A DNA stretch of 64,000 bases, from contig OZ244048.1 in assembly GCA_965215265.1 (NCBI GenBank), positions 3,680,001 to 3,744,000 on the forward strand. The letters are read 5' to 3'. Under the pieces are notes generated by a model. The model made no database searches. It was given only the letters and a program-made list of their open reading frames with translations, and was not told the DNA's origin. Shown here in pieces: positions 43,047-52,528 of this stretch. Each line of letters begins with the position of its first letter. Position 1 is the first letter of the stretch. Source of the DNA: Candidatus Poribacteria bacterium (GTDB lineage: Bacteria; Poribacteria; WGA-4E; WGA-3G). The translations under genes and the position numbers were made by a program.

Positions 43047-45428
43047 ATGTTTGAAACAATTATGAAGTACCCGATCGATGTTTTTAGGGAGGGGGATTTC
43101 TCTTTTGGTGTCCCATTGCCCGGGCTCCTCATTTTTCTGCTACTCGGAGTACTCGTAGCGGTTACAATTTGGGGATATCGCAGCACGAGAGGCAGGACGG
43201 GGCGTTGGTTTCGCGGATTTCTTATTTTTCTTCGCGCAATTGTCCTCTGTTTTATTGCTTTCTGCCTGCTCAAGCCGTTTCTAACAATTTACCAGACTAA
43301 CCCGGATGACTCCTATCTGTTAGTGATGGTTGACCGGTCCAAGAGTATGCAGATTGCCGATACTGTAGATGGAGAGACACGACTGCATCACGCTAACAAG
43401 GTGCTGTTTGGAAATGGCAGTCAAGATAGTGACGCACTCCTACACAAACTCAATGCAAAATTTAAAACTCGGCTTTTCGCTTTTGATACCCAGGCAAAAC
43501 GGATTCCGAGTGTGACAGTGACGAACGCGGATGGAGAAAGTACCGATATTCCCACAGCATTCAACGAAGCATTAGACGATTTGCAGGGGGTTCCGTTGTC
43601 TGGAGTAGTGCTGTTAACGGATGGTGCCGACCGGAGTGGCACGGACATCGCAAAACTGGCATTGCAAAGTCGAGAACGTAAACTCCCCATCCATACTGTT
43701 GGAATTGGCTCAGAAGAAGACACAGCAGATTTTGAACTCGTTAAAGTTGATGTCCCTCGTCATGCAGAAGAAGATTTTCCGGTTGAACTGTCGGCCACAG
43801 TCAAACGGGTAGGTTACAAGGGAAAAGAGGTTAATGTTCAATTAAAGAAAAGTGGGCGGATCCTCAGAGAAGTCACTGTTGACATGGACAAAGGTAAACC
43901 TGAGAAAACAGAAAAAGATACTAAAACTGTCCGGGTACCTATTAAGTGGACACCGCTCCAACCCGGAACGCAGAGGTACGAAGTTCACGTTCTGCCACCG
44001 GAGGGTGAAACCGTTCCCCAAAACAATACAAAAACGTTTCTTCTGAAGGTGGCACCAAGCAATAAAGTCAAAATCTTATTCGTTGAAGGGAGTCCGAGGT
44101 ATGAATTCGGATTCATCAAACGGGCACTTAGGAACGACCCGAATATACAACTCACTGATCGGTTTCTAACGAGCGGCGACTATTATGGCGGTACGCAGAC
44201 CGATACAACGCAAGCCTTTCAATTCTATCCGGATACGAAAGAAACGCTCTTTGAATTTGACGCTATTATCTTTGGCAACGTAGATGCGACACATTTTACG
44301 CAGGTGCAGCTAGAAAATACGGTAGAGTTTATTCGCACGCGCGGCGGTGGATTCCTGATGTTAGGAGGCAGCGACTCCCTAGGCAACCCTGAGTTTTCCG
44401 CCTCCTATATTAATACACCCATTGCGCAACTTCTCCCTGTAGAATTGGAACTCGGTTCACCACCACCGTTGGCACCGAGACGGGGGCGCACCCAGGTATC
44501 CAGTTCTCAACTTGACAAGGATGCCAATTACAAATTGCAATTGACACCGGAAGGGAAAGTTGAGATGTTAATGGCAATGGCGGATACGCCGACAGAGAAT
44601 CTCGAACGGTGGCAGAACCTTTCCATCATGCAGGGATATAGTAAAGTTAAGCGTGCCAAAGCCGGGGCACTTGTTTTAGCTGTGCATCCGACATCGCGAA
44701 ATCAATTCGGCAAGCGCATCCTTATCGCAACCCATAACTACAACGCCGGGCGCGTTATGGTATTTACGCCGCACACTTCATGGCGATGGAAAATGGTCGA
44801 CCCGGAACCGCCGTTTCAGTATCAAAAGGGATTCCACGAACGATTTTGGCGACAGGTCGCGAAATGGTTGACAACAGCACCGAAAGAACACCTTAAACTT
44901 AATATTGCGAAGACTGCTTATACCTTGAAAGAACCCGTGGTCATTGAGGTTACAGCTACCGATAAGCAGTTTGAGTTGACGAATAAAGCGAAGTTGCGCA
45001 CCGTTATTGTTGACGAAACCGGAAAGCGCAACGAACTCCCGCTTGAACAGGTACTCGGCAGAGATGGCTACTACACAGGCCGGTTTATCCCAATCCGTTA
45101 CGGCGAGTATACCGTCACTGCAACCGGTACGCTTGATGGAGAAAGACTCGGAGAGCAACAAGGGCTTTTTGACGTGAAAACCTCCTACGCCGAGTTTAGC
45201 AACGCGGCACTCAATGTTCCGCTGCTGAAAACCCTTGCTGAAGGTAGCGGTGGAAAATACTACTCTATTGAGGAGGTATCCCAACTCGTCAATCAGATAC
45301 CGCTGGTTGAGAGCGCAACCTCAACGATTAAGGATGTGGATATCTGGGATATGCCGCTGATTTTTGGATTGCTTATTGCGATGCTCGGATTTGAATGGTT
45401 CTTGCGGAAACGCGGCGGTTTAGTCTAA
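43047..45428 (+). CDS. membrane protein with vWA and glutamine-amidotransferase-like domains
   Basis: N-terminal TMs, DRSKSM and LLTDG MIDAS motifs, GGGFLMLGG, C-terminal EWFLRKRGGLV. Confidence 0.8.
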   Translation: MFETIMKYPIDVFREGDFSFGVPLPGLLIFLLLGVLVAVTIWGYRSTRGRTGRWFRGFLIFLRAIVLCFIAFCLLKPFLTIYQTNPDDSYLLVMVDRSKSMQIADTVDGETRLHHANKVLFGNGSQDSDALLHKLNAKFKTRLFAFDTQAKRIPSVTVTNADGESTDIPTAFNEALDDLQGVPLSGVVLLTDGADRSGTDIAKLALQSRERKLPIHTVGIGSEEDTADFELVKVDVPRHAEEDFPVELSATVKRVGYKGKEVNVQLKKSGRILREVTVDMDKGKPEKTEKDTKTVRVPIKWTPLQPGTQRYEVHVLPPEGETVPQNNTKTFLLKVAPSNKVKILFVEGSPRYEFGFIKRALRNDPNIQLTDRFLTSGDYYGGTQTDTTQAFQFYPDTKETLFEFDAIIFGNVDATHFTQVQLENTVEFIRTRGGGFLMLGGSDSLGNPEFSASYINTPIAQLLPVELELGSPPPLAPRRGRTQVSSSQLDKDANYKLQLTPEGKVEMLMAMADTPTENLERWQNLSIMQGYSKVKRAKAGALVLAVHPTSRNQFGKRILIATHNYNAGRVMVFTPHTSWRWKMVDPEPPFQYQKGFHERFWRQVAKWLTTAPKEHLKLNIAKTAYTLKEPVVIEVTATDKQFELTNKAKLRTVIVDETGKRNELPLEQVLGRDGYYTGRFIPIRYGEYTVTATGTLDGERLGEQQGLFDVKTSYAEFSNAALNVPLLKTLAEGSGGKYYSIEEVSQLVNQIPLVESATSTIKDVDIWDMPLIFGLLIAMLGFEWFLRKRGGLV

Positions 45429-45621
45429 CTTGTTAAAATCCAGCTCCGCATAAATCATGTGGATTTCTTGTCTGATATTTGGGCGGTGTCACTTTTTTTA
45501 TCACAAACTGTTCAAAAAATGGGCAATTCTATTCGCATAGAGTTTTGCACGCTCTGGCAGCGTATGGCTGTCATCTCCCTAACTATACGACATAACCGAT
45601 GCAGCGTTGAATCGATAACAA

Positions 45622-45638
45622 TTGGCATGTAAATTGCA
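45622..45638 (+). promoter_or_regulatory. sigma54 (-24/-12) promoter
   Basis: TTGGCATGTAAATTGCA fits GG-N10-GC. Confidence 0.7.
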
Positions 45639-45648
45639 CATATTTGGA

Positions 45649-45716
45649 TAAGCCTCCTTGGGTTAGCCGGAGCCACAACCTCGGTTGGTTAACGTGAGTG
45701 TTGTGGCTCGGGTTAA
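45649..45716 (+). ncRNA. candidate sigma54-dependent small RNA
   Basis: Lies after the sigma54 promoter with no ORF; CCTCCT followed by a long hairpin GAGCCACAAC...GTTGTGGCTC. Confidence 0.4.
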
Positions 45717-46031
45717 AAATTTAGAAAGCGTCCCCGGGCAAATCTCTGATTTGCTAAAAGGTGCGTAGATTTAGAGAAGGTTTCTTCTCTCGATACTTAT
45801 ACGTCATCCACGCAGCAGCGATATTCACCAAAAAATTTATTATATTCCTTCCGATGACACTCGTGTACCAGATGGCACTCACAGCAACTCGCCCTCCCCC
45901 AAGCTACCCGCCACATTAAGTGTCATTACATTTTTGAAGGGCTGATGAGAAAATCGCGTGCAGTTATTGCTTTGTCAGCTGTCATTAAACGGCTCCATGC
46001 CTGCAATCGATGCTACAGTGTCTCGCTTTTT

Positions 46032-47237
46032 TTACGTTCGGTAGTCTGCGTTAATGCGGATGTAATCGTAAGAATAATCACATGTCCACATCGTTATCTC
46101 AGCATCGCCAGCGTGCAAATCAATGGTAAGTTTCACAGGATCTTGTGCGAACAAGGCAGTTGCTTTTTCTTCATGAAAACCGGCATCCATTCCATCCTTG
46201 ACGAGTTGATAGTCCTGAAGCCATACGTTGGTTTGATCCGGGTTGAATTCTGCCTCCGATTTCCCGATTGCCATCATGATGCGGCCCCAGTTTGCATCAT
46301 TAGCGAATATTGCTGTCTTGACAAGCGGAGACTCCGCGACAGCGCGGGCAGCTTTTTCTGCATCATTCCGGTTTTTCGCATTTTTGACAACTACCTCAAC
46401 CAGTTTCGTGGCACCTTCGCCATCGCGAGCGAGCATCTTAGTCAATTCGGTACACACGAATTGGAGTCCCTCAAAGAATTCTCCGTAATTCTTGCCTTCT
46501 GCATCAACAATTTCAGCGTTACCAGCACTGCCCGTCGCGAGGATCAGCACCGTGTCATTTGTGCTACGATCGGTGTCGACAGTTAGCAGGTTATATGTAT
46601 TATTGACGACTGTGGTTAGTGCAGTATGGAGCGCTTCTGCAGTGATACATGCATCTGTTGTCAGGAAGGAAAGCATCGTCGCCATGTTTGGCGCTATCAT
46701 CCCCGAACCTTTGGCAATGCCACCGATTCTTACCGGTGTACCATCAATTTCTACCTCAACGGCAACAGATTTAGGGTGTGTGTCCGTAGTCATGATTGCC
46801 TCTGCAGCATCATCTCCGCCTTCCGTGCTAAGTCTTGTTGCTGCCTGACTAATCCCGTTTCCAATAGTGTCCATCGGCAGCTGTTGCCCAATCACGCCGG
46901 TTGAGGAGACGAGAACGAGGTTTTCAGCAATGCCGAGCTGTTCACCTGTCAACCTTGCCATTTTTTCTGCATTCGCCATACCAAGTTCGCCAGTACATGC
47001 ATTCGCATTCCCGCTGTTAACAATAACGGCTTGTGCTGTGGCATCAGTGAGGTGCTGGCGGCAAACCCACACCGGCGCGGCAGTGACGCTATTCTTGGTA
47101 AAAACACCCGCGGCAACAGCCGGGGACGCTGTCACAATTAAAGCCACGTCTTTCTGATTGTCTTTTTTAATTCCAGCGTGTACACCTGCTGCCTGTACAC
47201 CCCGTGCAGCGGTGATTCCGCCATCTATCTGTTTCAT
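46032..47237 (-). CDS. argJ: bifunctional ornithine acetyltransferase
   Basis: NSGNANACTG, STGVIG, AIMTTDT, KGSGMIAPNMATML, STND and ARDGEGATK. Confidence 0.97.
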   Translation of the reverse strand: MKQIDGGITAARGVQAAGVHAGIKKDNQKDVALIVTASPAVAAGVFTKNSVTAAPVWVCRQHLTDATAQAVIVNSGNANACTGELGMANAEKMARLTGEQLGIAENLVLVSSTGVIGQQLPMDTIGNGISQAATRLSTEGGDDAAEAIMTTDTHPKSVAVEVEIDGTPVRIGGIAKGSGMIAPNMATMLSFLTTDACITAEALHTALTTVVNNTYNLLTVDTDRSTNDTVLILATGSAGNAEIVDAEGKNYGEFFEGLQFVCTELTKMLARDGEGATKLVEVVVKNAKNRNDAEKAARAVAESPLVKTAIFANDANWGRIMMAIGKSEAEFNPDQTNVWLQDYQLVKDGMDAGFHEEKATALFAQDPVKLTIDLHAGDAEITMWTCDYSYDYIRINADYRT

Positions 47238-47438
47238 TGTTCTTGCTGGAAACGTTAAGGGCTTTCTGCCGTGAGGGGCCTTGTGCCTATCTCGTCAGAG
47301 CCTTTTTAGGCATTCCCCTTAAAAATACTCCTATTAAAACTACTTGTAGGCGAATTATAACATACTCTGAGTGAAACTGTCAAGCGCTTTCATTTCTGCA
47401 CCAAAGGATTTCGTTAGCAAGGTCTTGCAATTTACAAC

Positions 47439-47466
47439 TTGACATCCCGTTAACGGTGCATATAAT
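47439..47466 (+). promoter_or_regulatory. sigma70-type promoter
   Basis: TTGACA-16 nt-TATAAT upstream of the 47598 gene. Confidence 0.6.
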
Positions 47467-47597
47467 AGTATTATGAGACTTCATTTTTAGGTCTATCATA
47501 CACGGCCCGTTTTCTCTGACGTGAACCCTCGAAACTTTTCTCGTTAGAGACTTTGGGGCCATTATCTACAAAGTATATGAATATAGGAGGATGAGAT

Positions 47598-48599
47598 ATG
47601 GCGAAAATACGGATGGCACAATACGGAACAAAACACGGGCATGCACGCGGCAAATTGCAAGCGATGCTTGTCAATCCAGATGTAGAAGTAGTAGGTGTTT
47701 TTGAACCCGATAAACAACAACGAGCACGCCTACAAAATTCAGATGGCGCGTTTGCAGATGTCCACTGGTTTCCAGATTCAGCCCAAATGTTAAGTGATGC
47801 ATCAATTGTCGCAATTGCCTCAGAGGGCAGCAACAGCGAAAGCCTGAACCAGACAGAAGAGATTGTCAATGCCGGTAAGCATGTCTGGTACGATAAACCC
47901 GCAGGTGAAAACTGGGAGCAATGGCAGCACGTCATCAGTACCGCACAAGAAAAATCCGTTTTGGTACAGATGGGGTATATGTTGCGCTACCATTCTGCTT
48001 TCAGACAGATTGCAGACTGGGTGAAATCAGGATTTTTGGGAGACATCTTTTCTATCCGGGCGCACATGTCAACAAACATCTCGCGTGAGGCACGCACGCG
48101 TATCAGCCAACATATCGGCGGCATCTTTTTCGACCTCGGCGGACATGTGCTGGACCAGGTACTATGGCTGTTGGGCAGACCGGAGAAGGTTACTGCCTTT
48201 CTACGAAACGATGGTGGTTCCGTGGAGCCTTTCAAAGATAATACTCTCACCGTGTATGAATTTGAAAACGCAATGGCGTTTATTTCTATCTCAGCTTTGG
48301 AACCCAGGCCGGTTGCCCGCCGATTCGAAGTTTATGGGACAGAAGGGAGTGCTATCATCGTTGAACCGTTCGAGCCGGGGCTCAACATTCGGCTCTGTTT
48401 GGAAGAAGCTAGAGGGAACTATTCTAAAGGAGAACAGATAGTAGAAATAGCAGGTGAAAGCCGCCAACGACTTTATGAATTGGAATTGGACGCATTTTTA
48501 GCAACCATCGCTGGAACCCAACCGCCTGACCGGCCCGCATCTCACGAATTGCTGGTACAGGAAACGCTTCTACGGGCAACCGGAGTTATCACAGATTGA
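47598..48599 (+). CDS. Gfo/Idh/MocA family oxidoreductase
   Basis: QYGTKHGHA, YDKPAG and GGIFFDLGGH. Confidence 0.88.
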   Translation: MAKIRMAQYGTKHGHARGKLQAMLVNPDVEVVGVFEPDKQQRARLQNSDGAFADVHWFPDSAQMLSDASIVAIASEGSNSESLNQTEEIVNAGKHVWYDKPAGENWEQWQHVISTAQEKSVLVQMGYMLRYHSAFRQIADWVKSGFLGDIFSIRAHMSTNISREARTRISQHIGGIFFDLGGHVLDQVLWLLGRPEKVTAFLRNDGGSVEPFKDNTLTVYEFENAMAFISISALEPRPVARRFEVYGTEGSAIIVEPFEPGLNIRLCLEEARGNYSKGEQIVEIAGESRQRLYELELDAFLATIAGTQPPDRPASHELLVQETLLRATGVITD

Positions 48600-48616
48600 G
48601 AATATTACTGCTTTAT

Positions 48617-48644
48617 GACGGGCGGATATCAGGATCCGCCCGTC
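48617..48644. terminator. hairpin between convergent genes
   Basis: GACGGGCGGAT-atcagg-ATCCGCCCGTC. Confidence 0.65.
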
Positions 48645-48660
48645 CGATACGGAGTGGCTC

Positions 48661-49326
48661 TTAGTCTTCAAGACCCGCCGCCCACTTGATGCACCCGGTA
48701 ATGTGCTCGTGAAACCACCCTTCACGCCAGAGTGCATCTGGATGGCCGAGCGCGGTATACATGACGCGCCCCTTGCCGTAACTATGGCACCAACCTAAGG
48801 CATAGTCCTGGTCATCGCGATTTCCACGCGAGACATCAATAGAGGCGTTGTCTAAGCGCATGAGCACACGCGTTTTGCTACGAGCCCAATTCTTGAATGT
48901 ATAGATTTCATCAACGACTTTAAAGCTGCTACCGAGCATTCGCGTCGCAGGGTGCTCAGTATCCTCAACAATAACGTTGACTTCTTGGTGCCACGGATGC
49001 CCAGCGAAATAGCCACCCAGCATTTCACCATATTCTGGCCAATCGTAGCAGGTATCCGTGGCGTTATGGATACCGAAAAATGCTTTGCCGTCGCGAACGA
49101 AGCCAAGTAGTGCTTCTTTCTGGACGTTATCAAAAGGTAAATTGCCCGTTGTTGCAAATGCGACGAGGTCCTGTTTTTGGAGGTTCTCGGCGTTAATCTG
49201 CTCACACCGGTGGGTTGTCCCAACGTTCCAACCATTTTTTGCACCGATCTGCTTGAGTGCCACTTCAGCATCCGGTAGGTAACTGTGCTCAAAACCAGCG
49301 GAATGACGTAACATGAGAATGTTCAT
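48661..49326 (-). CDS. ThuA-like domain protein
   Basis: GFEH, FFGIHNA.D, LGGYF..HP, DEIY and W...YGKGRV.YTALGH. Confidence 0.88.
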   Translation of the reverse strand: MNILMLRHSAGFEHSYLPDAEVALKQIGAKNGWNVGTTHRCEQINAENLQKQDLVAFATTGNLPFDNVQKEALLGFVRDGKAFFGIHNATDTCYDWPEYGEMLGGYFAGHPWHQEVNVIVEDTEHPATRMLGSSFKVVDEIYTFKNWARSKTRVLMRLDNASIDVSRGNRDDQDYALGWCHSYGKGRVMYTALGHPDALWREGWFHEHITGCIKWAAGLED

Positions 49327-49500
49327 AAAACGATCCTTTCCCAAGGAATACAAGAATTGTGAAACAATTTTTTCGTGTTATTATACAAAAATTCCAAAAA
49401 AAGTGGTAACATATTCGCACCGCCTCTCAAAAAAGGTTGCCATACCGTCGCGTTTTGTGGCATTATTATCATAAACAGATATAAGGAGAATACCTGTCTC

Positions 49501-50451
49501 ATGAAATTTTTTAAAAAAGGTAAAGAAAAAAAAACGGCACCTAAATCGGATGATGCAACGAAATCGCATCCTGAGTTGAAGGTTATCAGCGGGACACAGA
49601 TTTCAGGAAAGCCATCGCAAGAGCAGCGCCCACTGCAACAACCACAGCAGCAGAACATTACGCTGCCAAATGTACAGTATAAGATTGCCGTGGCAAGTGG
49701 AAAGGGCGGAGTTGGCAAATCAACTGTCGCTACAAATCTGGCAATCTCCTTGGCCAAGGCGGGGGCAAAAGTCGGTTTGATGGACGCAGATGCTTACGGG
49801 CCCAGTATTCCAACAATGATGGGGATCCAAGAACGCCCACAAACAAGTCCGGCACGGAAACTTGTCCCGCTTGTTCGACATGATATTAAACTCATGTCAA
49901 TCGGTTTTATGGTGCCCGAAGAACAAGCGATGATTTGGCGAGGCCCGATGTTACACAGTGCCATCCGTCAATTTCTGAGCGATGTCGACTGGGGTGCACT
50001 CGATTACCTCATCATCGACCTGCCGCCGGGGACAGGCGATGTCGCACTTTCATTAACCCAGGCGATGCCGCTCACCGGCGCTGTCATTGTTACCACACCT
50101 CAGGATGTCGCCTTGGCGGATGTCCGACGCGGTGTCGCAATGTTCGAAAGATTAGGCGTACCGATCTTGGGCATCATTGAAAACATGAGCTATTTTATAT
50201 GTCCACACTGCGACGAAAAAACTGAAATTTTCAGAGCCGATGGCGGGAAAAATATGAGTGAGCGGTTCAGCGTTGCTTTGTTAGGACAGATCCCACTTGA
50301 CGCTGAAGTCTGCACAGCAGGCGACCTCGGGGTGCCTATTGTGGCAGGGCATCCGGATTCTCCACAGTCTGAAGCATTTGGCACAGCGGCGATGGAATTG
50401 CAGACGGTGTTAAAGGAAAGCGGGGAAGAAGAGGAATTGAAGATTCTCTAA
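49501..50451 (+). CDS. mrp: Mrp/NBP35 (ApbC) Fe-S cluster carrier ATPase
   Basis: ASGKGGVGKST, DADAYGPSIP, WRGPM, DLPPGTGD and ENMS..CPHC. Confidence 0.95.
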   Translation: MKFFKKGKEKKTAPKSDDATKSHPELKVISGTQISGKPSQEQRPLQQPQQQNITLPNVQYKIAVASGKGGVGKSTVATNLAISLAKAGAKVGLMDADAYGPSIPTMMGIQERPQTSPARKLVPLVRHDIKLMSIGFMVPEEQAMIWRGPMLHSAIRQFLSDVDWGALDYLIIDLPPGTGDVALSLTQAMPLTGAVIVTTPQDVALADVRRGVAMFERLGVPILGIIENMSYFICPHCDEKTEIFRADGGKNMSERFSVALLGQIPLDAEVCTAGDLGVPIVAGHPDSPQSEAFGTAAMELQTVLKESGEEEELKIL

Positions 50452-50893
50452 AGCAGGAATACAGAAACCCCTAAAATCGCTTGAAGCTACCTCTTCTCAA
50501 AGACGGCATCGATATCAGCGGTGCTTCAACCCACCGCTGGTATCTGCTGTTAATACTTCGGGAGTTGAGCACTAAGGCGTTTCTGTCTCTGTTGAGAACC
50601 TTGAGTCGGTATTCAGAAGGATATCCATGAAGGCTCCGTCCGCCTCAGAATGTTCCTGCTGGGACGAAACCTCTCGCTGAATGGGTGGAATGTAGGGCTC
50701 TCCGGATTCAATGGCACGGCGATGCACCTGTGCAACAATGTCTCTCTCTCAGGCCTTGCTTTTATAAGTTCTAACGCTTTGTCGTAATCCCCGACCCCTT
50801 TAGTATGCAAAAGTTAAATAGGCATTAACGTTGGGAAAAACAGGGGCATCTGCTGCAGCGGAAAAAACGGAGTTGATCGCATAAAGATTCAAT

Positions 50894-50976
50894 AAAGAGG
50901 TGTGATAGCATTCGGCACACGGCCTACTCACCATCACACCTCTGCTTTTATCTTTCGCTGCGCATAAAACGAGCCG
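50894..50976 (-). repeat. structured direct repeat, copy 1
   Basis: 82/83 identical to 52262-52344; contains an 11-bp inverted repeat AGAGGTGTGAT...ATCACACCTCT. Confidence 0.9.
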
Positions 50977-51072
50977 GACAAGATACGGGTTGGCCCAGCA
51001 CAAAACCGAGAAACACTTTTATGAAAACGGAACCCTCCGCTCACTCGACCAGGGCGTTCGGTGCGTGCGGTC

Positions 51073-51318
51073 CTATAGTTCTAACGCCTGTAGGAATGCT
51101 TGAAAACTGTCGGTTTTGACGGCTGTCAGCAGCAATTGCTCGAGGTGTTCGAGGTTAGAAAGCGTTTCGAGTTGCTGTGTCGCCGTCTCTATGTCACAGC
51201 CTGGGAATCGTGCGTTGAGGACGGCGGTTATATTTTTGATAGCATTTTGGCACGCCCCTTGTTCTATGCCTTGTGCTATGCCTCGTTCGAAGAGGAATTC
51301 GGCCATTGTCTCTGCCAT
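51073..51318 (-). CDS. putative internally translated small Rpn antitoxin (RpnS-like, 81 aa)
   Basis: In-frame GGAGGT-7 nt-ATG (…GAC ATG GAG GTA GCA CCT ATG GCA…). Confidence 0.6.
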   Translation of the reverse strand: MAETMAEFLFERGIAQGIEQGACQNAIKNITAVLNARFPGCDIETATQQLETLSNLEHLEQLLLTAVKTDSFQAFLQALEL

Positions 51319-52137
51319 AGGTGCTACCTCCATGTCACGCGTATGCCGGGCTACCAGCTCTATCAACTCTTCTTGTTCTTCCTTTGAACGCCGATGCACA
51401 ATCAGCGATACCAGATACATTATCGCTTCCCTACGCTGCCCTGAATCTGCCGCATCAAGTGTCTCCAACTGCGTCAAAGTCTCCACTAAGGCACGGCTTA
51501 TAGACGCTTTGTCCGAATCTTTTTGTTGAAGCACTCTCATCAGCCACCCGAACGGATGCGCCGCCTCTGTCAGCGTCGCCTTGTCTGTGCCTTTCAGATT
51601 CAGAAATAGGATGTCAAATCTCGGAACGAATCGAGAGAGCGCCGCAGGCAGATTCATCAGCGCCTCAAGTGTCAGTGGCTTTTCCCACCGCCGCTCCCCC
51701 GTGTAAAACACCACGGGCAGAATCGGCGGCAATACACGCTCTCCTCTCGGCACCTTCTCTGCCGCCCACCGCCGCCGCTCTGCGTCCCAAATCAGCATCA
51801 TGTAGAAAAGCACACGAAACCCCATCGTCGCATCTACCGTTGATTGGTGTTCAATCAGCAGATAGATAAGCAGCTCTGCCGCACCCTCATCACCATTACT
51901 TTTGAAGGGCACCCGATATACAATGTCTGCCTCTTGTTCTCGGAGCGTCGCAGGCAGCAGGCTCCTATTGATTGGAACCAGATGCTCAAAGTCAATCAGT
52001 TCGGCGAGTTCTGCCGCAACGATTTCTAACAAGCCCCGGACGTTTTCCCTGTTTTCTAATAAGCGGCGTATGCTCCGATCGGAAAAGTTCGAAACAGACA
52101 TCTCGGACAAAAAGTCGTGGATGTCCCTCTTCTGCAT
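51073..52137 (-). CDS. Rpn/YhgA-like recombination-promoting nuclease (PD-(D/E)xK)
   Basis: EADIVY..., LLIEHQS, PPILPVVFYTG..W and C-terminal ERGIAQGIEQG. Confidence 0.9.
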   Translation of the reverse strand: MQKRDIHDFLSEMSVSNFSDRSIRRLLENRENVRGLLEIVAAELAELIDFEHLVPINRSLLPATLREQEADIVYRVPFKSNGDEGAAELLIYLLIEHQSTVDATMGFRVLFYMMLIWDAERRRWAAEKVPRGERVLPPILPVVFYTGERRWEKPLTLEALMNLPAALSRFVPRFDILFLNLKGTDKATLTEAAHPFGWLMRVLQQKDSDKASISRALVETLTQLETLDAADSGQRREAIMYLVSLIVHRRSKEEQEELIELVARHTRDMEVAPMAETMAEFLFERGIAQGIEQGACQNAIKNITAVLNARFPGCDIETATQQLETLSNLEHLEQLLLTAVKTDSFQAFLQALEL

Positions 52138-52261
52138 ATTAGACTCCTAAAACGCCACAGGGGGCAAGTGCTTTCCTTCTTAAAACGGCTACGTCTTTAT
52201 AATAACACATCAGGGAATCATTGTCAAGCAAAGAGAGACAAATCAGGCGGAGAAAAAAGAG

Positions 52262-52344
52262 AAAGAGGTGTGATAGCATTCGGCACACGGCCTACTCACC
52301 ATCACACCTCTGCTTTTATCTTTCGCTGCACATAAAACGAGCCG
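52262..52344 (-). repeat. structured direct repeat, copy 2
   Basis: Same unit as 50894-50976; on the minus strand the hairpin is followed by TTTCTCTTTTTT. Confidence 0.9.
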
Positions 52345-52528
52345 CACAAAATGCGGTTTGACTTGATACAAAAACGCACCGGTTACAGCAAGAACCAACC
52401 AAAAAATGAGCACATTATTAACATATAGTTAATATTTTACCCTATTTCTAACACTTTTTTAACTTATAGTTAATAAATTATGGCGACACGATATGCACGC
52501 AGATCGGAAGGGGTAAAGGAGTAAAGAT

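Noticed and set aside
47255-47310. Hammerhead-like CTGACGA...GAAA on the minus strand upstream of argJ
   Set aside because: Stem II cannot close (no G-C pair flanking the core) and stems I/III are not evident.
50560-51003. Short ORFs 50613..50810 and 50800..51003
   Set aside because: One overlaps the structured repeat and the other looks like a frameshifted remnant; no product can be supported.
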